Source: Nanobdellota archaeon
Lineage (GTDB): Archaea; Nanobdellota; Nanobdellia; Pacearchaeales; UBA12030
Assembly: GCA_013331945.1 (NCBI GenBank)
Contig: DUFK01000014.1
Span: 9,234-51,912, forward strand
Direction of reading: 5' to 3'
Length of the DNA stretch: 42,679 nucleotides
Made by a program: the position numbers and the translations under genes
The notes under the pieces: model-generated
What the model saw: the letters and a program-made list of their open reading frames with translations, nothing else
Told to the model about the DNA's origin: nothing
Database searches by the model: none
Part shown: in pieces, positions 39,488-42,679 of the stretch
Layout: each line of letters starts with the position of its first letter
Position numbering within the stretch: the first letter of the stretch is position 1

Positions 39488-39859
39488 ATGGCAGAAGTAA
39501 ATGCAATTTCCGCACTCCTTTCAGATTTTGCCGGGAGGGTTAAGGCGCTGGAAGAGAAATTCAACCTTCTGCGTGAGCGAGTTCTAGTACTTACACAAAA
39601 TTTTGTTTCGCGGGAGAGAGACCTGCAGAAAGAACTGGATATGATCCAGGATGAGAATAAGAATCTGCGTCTTGAGATGCGCAAGCTAAGTGAAAGGTTC
39701 GAGTCCATGGTTTCAAGGCAAGAGGATTATGCGCGCAAAGAAGAGCTCGCAGTCGTGGAAAAGTATTTTAAGCTCTTTGAACCAATAAAGTTTGTCACCT
39801 CTGAGGAAATTGAGGAGCGCGTCGAGCGCATCTTGAAAGAGAGGAAACATAAGGATTAA
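39488..39859 (+). CDS. coiled-coil protein
   Basis: 123 aa with heptad-like repeats (VKALEEKFNLLRERVLVL...NKNLRLEMRKLSERFESM). Confidence 0.6.
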   Translation: MAEVNAISALLSDFAGRVKALEEKFNLLRERVLVLTQNFVSRERDLQKELDMIQDENKNLRLEMRKLSERFESMVSRQEDYARKEELAVVEKYFKLFEPIKFVTSEEIEERVERILKERKHKD

Positions 39860-39933
39860 GCCTATACAAAGATAGGATTAATTATACAGAACAGGATTAA
39901 AGAAGACTAAACAGAAATAAAGAAAGAGGAAAA

Positions 39934-40821
39934 ATGGCAGAGAGCGTTGCAAGTGTTGTTTTGAAGATGCAGAATGCCGGAATCGGCGATGCAGAGATCA
40001 TTGAGCGCTTGCGCGAGCAAGGTTTTTCCGAGAGGCAGATTAATGATGGATTCAACCAGGCGAAAGTGAGAACAACGATAAGAGCTGATGATTTTGGATC
40101 TATGGAAGATCCTTCTGTTGCAGAAGAGCCTGTTGCCAGAAGAGCTGGCGTTGGGGGCGCGCGGGGTGGAGGACGCAGGACAGGTAGCTCAGGGCGCGGG
40201 ACTCAAAGCAGGGAGCGTGGAGGCCGTGGAGGATTTACATCTGAAGAGTTCATTCAAGCGCCTGCACCCGAAGAAGATTACACTGGAGAAAGTTATGAAA
40301 CCTCGCAGATGCAGGATGCATCCGACTGGAGTTCTGATCCAAACGCAAGTGCTGGCGGAGCTGGGGGGGGAGGAGCTGGAACTGCCGGCGGAGGGTATTA
40401 TGGCTATTCTTATCCACAAACACAGCAAGCACAGGGCTATGCTCAAGGGTATGATGCAGGATACACTGCAGAGGCATTTGAGGAAGTTGCAGAATCAATT
40501 ATAGAAGAGAAATGGCGTTCTTTTACCGAGAAAGTTGGCGACGTGCAACTCTGGCGCGAGAGCATAGACAGAGACATAGCGAGAATGGAAAAAAGAATAG
40601 ATAAGATAGATGACTCAATCACGGCAATTCATTCTGCCATCCTCGACAAGGTCGGAGAATATGGCAAGGGAGTAAAGAGCCTTGGCAGCGATGTAAAGGC
40701 TGTAGAGAAAGTGCTTTCGCAGATTCTTGAGCCGTTGATGCATAACGTGAAAGAGCTCAAGAGTGTTACAGAGGAGCTTAAGAGGAAGAAGGTTTCAGTT
40801 TCTGGAAAAGGAAAAGAGTAA
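39934..40821 (+). CDS. protein with small helical N-domain, RGG/Gly-Tyr low-complexity linker and C-terminal coiled coil
   Basis: 295 aa. VVLKMQNAGIGDAEIIERLREQGFSERQINDGFNQA; then GGARGGGRRTGSSGRGTQSRERGGRGG and GGAGGGGAGTAGGGYYGYSY; then a coiled coil (IARMEKRIDKIDDSITAIHSAILDKV). Confidence 0.65.
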   Translation: MAESVASVVLKMQNAGIGDAEIIERLREQGFSERQINDGFNQAKVRTTIRADDFGSMEDPSVAEEPVARRAGVGGARGGGRRTGSSGRGTQSRERGGRGGFTSEEFIQAPAPEEDYTGESYETSQMQDASDWSSDPNASAGGAGGGGAGTAGGGYYGYSYPQTQQAQGYAQGYDAGYTAEAFEEVAESIIEEKWRSFTEKVGDVQLWRESIDRDIARMEKRIDKIDDSITAIHSAILDKVGEYGKGVKSLGSDVKAVEKVLSQILEPLMHNVKELKSVTEELKRKKVSVSGKGKE

Positions 40822-40822
40822 T

Positions 40823-41245
40823 ATGTTCGGAATGAAAGACTTTCAAAAAGAGGTGGAAAAGTTTTTTACCGTAGTTGATTCTACAAGGGAAGTTTTAATG
40901 ATCATTCACCGCACGTTCGGGATGACTAAGAATTATGATCCTCTGGATATGAGTAAAGTAGGGGAAATACGCGTGGCCTTAGTTAATTGGCTAGACTTAT
41001 TGCCTAAAAACACTGAGTTTGAACTAGGGGGAACGGCGATTACCTCGCAAGCGGAGAGGAACTTGAGGTGTATAGTAGATGATGTAAATTACCACATTAA
41101 AAGACGGAAAAATCTTGAAAAGTATATTAATATCAAAGACCTTTACACTGCTGTGGGTAATGCAAAACTAGCGTTATCTATTCTTAGAAGTGTTAGAAAA
41201 ATGCAGGAGAGACACATAAGGCAGATAAGAGTAGTTCGTGGTTAG
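40823..41245 (+). CDS. hypothetical helical protein (MFGMKDFQKE...), translationally coupled to the upstream gene
   Basis: The ATG lies 1 nt after the stop at 40819-40821. 140 aa. Confidence 0.55.
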   Translation: MFGMKDFQKEVEKFFTVVDSTREVLMIIHRTFGMTKNYDPLDMSKVGEIRVALVNWLDLLPKNTEFELGGTAITSQAERNLRCIVDDVNYHIKRRKNLEKYINIKDLYTAVGNAKLALSILRSVRKMQERHIRQIRVVRG

Positions 41246-41291
41246 CTGCACCACTCCTTTATGCTTAAGTCCTCTAGTCAAATCCTAAAGA

Positions 41292-41864
41292 TTACTTCGT
41301 CCCTAGAACCCATGCAGTGACTGCAGCGATTATGAACAGCAAGGCAAGCCCTAGAATTGCAGGATGGAATAATACTTTCTTCACTCCCTCACCTATGACT
41401 CCTGTAGCTCCATCTCCTGAAACTCCATCTGTCGGCGAAAGCATAGGTCCGAATGCAGATATTCCTGCGAAGATGAATATCGCAAGGATTACAACAATGA
41501 TGAGCCACGCAAGCCAGGTGTTTCCTCCTACAGCGCCCGCGAGGCCTGCGCCTTTCGGCAACACCTCAAGCCAATTCAGAATCAAGAATATGAATAAGAG
41601 CGAGATTATGAATACGACCATCCAGGGAGTTACCGCGTTCGTGAATTTGACAGCTGCCGGCGTTACGACGAAAACTATCGCAATCACGAAAGAGATAACC
41701 ATCACCGGAAAGGGTGAATCTCCGATAAGCCCTGTCTTTTTGAGTAGTGCGAAAACAAGGGCGAAGACGAACAGAAAGAGAAAGATAGGCATGAAGTATT
41801 TCAAGAGAGCTATGTTCAGCGTCGCCTCTTCACTCGCTGCCTGAAGCAAAAATTGGATTGCCAT
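41292..41864 (-). CDS. polytopic membrane protein, paralogue A
   Basis: 190 aa. Shares the N-terminal motif PIFLFLFVFALVFALLKKTGLIG with its neighbour (ILPFLLIFALVFAILEKSKILG). Confidence 0.65.
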   Translation of the reverse strand: MAIQFLLQAASEEATLNIALLKYFMPIFLFLFVFALVFALLKKTGLIGDSPFPVMVISFVIAIVFVVTPAAVKFTNAVTPWMVVFIISLLFIFLILNWLEVLPKGAGLAGAVGGNTWLAWLIIVVILAIFIFAGISAFGPMLSPTDGVSGDGATGVIGEGVKKVLFHPAILGLALLFIIAAVTAWVLGTK

Positions 41865-41889
41865 TTTATTTACTTTGACCTACTCTTAC

Positions 41890-42456
41890 TTATCTTGGGG
41901 TAAAGAGTTTTTTAAGTGTTTCTCCGGGAGTCTCGTCTCCATGCGGCACCATCACCACGACAAGCACAATGACTGCAAGTATCGCTCCGCCATAAATCAC
42001 AGTGCTCCAAAGCACTGGATTTGCATAGAAAAATTCGTACACGAGCGGCTGCAAGCCAGCATCATTTATGCTTCTCCCCAATACCCAGAAGAAGATTACT
42101 ATCCCAAATAGCATACCAACCCATATCCATCCATTCTTTCCATCTTTAGCTGTGAACATTCCCAACAGCAGGACGAAGACAAGCAGCACTGCGAATCCAA
42201 GAGCGGCATTCGCGAATAAGATTGCAAAGAAAGGAGTCAGGTAGGGATTAGATATCGAGAAGAATGAAATTGCAAGGGAGATTATAGCATAGACAGCCCT
42301 ATTGCTCCCTAAGATCTTGCTCTTCTCGAGGATTGCGAAGACGAGTGCGAAGATAAGCAAGAATGGCAGGATTATATCAAAGATTCCTGCATTTCTCCAG
42401 ATCTCCAAGATACTGCGAAAATCAAGAACTGGCATCTGGGTCAAAAAGTTTATCAT
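41890..42456 (-). CDS. polytopic membrane protein, paralogue B
   Basis: 188 aa, about 5 TM. See paralogue A. Confidence 0.65.
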   Translation of the reverse strand: MINFLTQMPVLDFRSILEIWRNAGIFDIILPFLLIFALVFAILEKSKILGSNRAVYAIISLAISFFSISNPYLTPFFAILFANAALGFAVLLVFVLLLGMFTAKDGKNGWIWVGMLFGIVIFFWVLGRSINDAGLQPLVYEFFYANPVLWSTVIYGGAILAVIVLVVVMVPHGDETPGETLKKLFTPR

Positions 42457-42586
42457 TCCTCTTATTCCTCTTTTTTATTTTATAGATTTAAGGAGTTTCT
42501 TTTATTTTTAAACCTTTATTTCCCCTCTTTTGAAGAGGTAAGAATTTCATTCCCCCCTTGTTTCCCTGTTACTTAATCCTGCCACT

Positions 42587-42679
42587 CTAGTCCTTAGAAG
42601 ATCTCGATGCGGCGACAATCGTTGCGATGACTGCGATGACCGCGGCGATAAGAAGCACCATCCCGATTATCTCTCCAGT
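42587..42679 (-). CDS. small hydrophobic (pilin-like?) protein, C-terminal fragment
   Basis: Hand-translated minus frame, open to the window end: ...TGEIIGMVLLIAAVIAVIATIVAASRSSKD stop (cta at 42587-42589). Confidence 0.4.
   Translation of the reverse strand, partial: TGEIIGMVLLIAAVIAVIATIVAASRSSKD

Noticed and set aside
40088-40504. 138-aa alternative-frame ORF and minus-strand ORFs inside 39934-40821
   Set aside because: They arise from the GC-rich Gly/Arg low-complexity segment, which is open in several frames. The 295-aa frame has a proper ATG, an SD-like gaggaaaa upstream and coherent flanking domains.

Overview
Compact archaeal chromosome segment. All calls come from reading motifs by eye; no database search was run. 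Core genes are clearly archaeal: RadA (with an intein), RPA, aIF5A, aEF-1beta, Spt5/NusG, uL11, eL43, eL40, Rpo12/RpoP, SecE, prefoldin beta, FtsZ plus SepF, a YrdC/TsaC-type protein and an S2P protease. There are three tRNAs. tRNA-Arg has one intron and tRNA-Pro has two, one canonical and one in the T-loop. Many genes look leaderless, with a TATA box about 25 nt upstream of the ATG. Lys/Glu/Ala-rich tails on housekeeping proteins, many orphan genes and heavy investment in surface machinery fit a small-genome, host-associated (DPANN-like) archaeon, but that placement is inference only. The accessory content is dominated by a very large type IV pilus-like system. It comprises an A24 prepilin peptidase (17237-18115), an enlarged FlaI-like ATPase (36389-38635), and a FlaJ/TadC-like platform gene heading a ~9 kb single-strand operon (35411 down to 26138). 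That operon also holds a histidine phosphatase and 12 ORFs, 10 of them with class III (pilin-like) signal peptides. Two of those carry hydrolase-like domains: an HExxH zincin and a lytic-transglycosylase-like domain. A cupredoxin with the same pilin-type N-terminus sits next to the peptidase. This enzyme-bearing pilin set is my best candidate for an undescribed system. Other notable items are a complete bacterial-type PafA/Dop (Pup ligase/deamidase) homologue with no Pup or proteasome genes nearby; a dispersed family of AT-rich orphan helical proteins, several starting MG[LI]FG..KK; three paralogous secreted/membrane proteins; a GC-rich cluster of six perfect hairpins; and a recurrent AAGCTT-centred hairpin family that appears in intergenic regions, inside tRNA introns and flanking tRNA-Ala.
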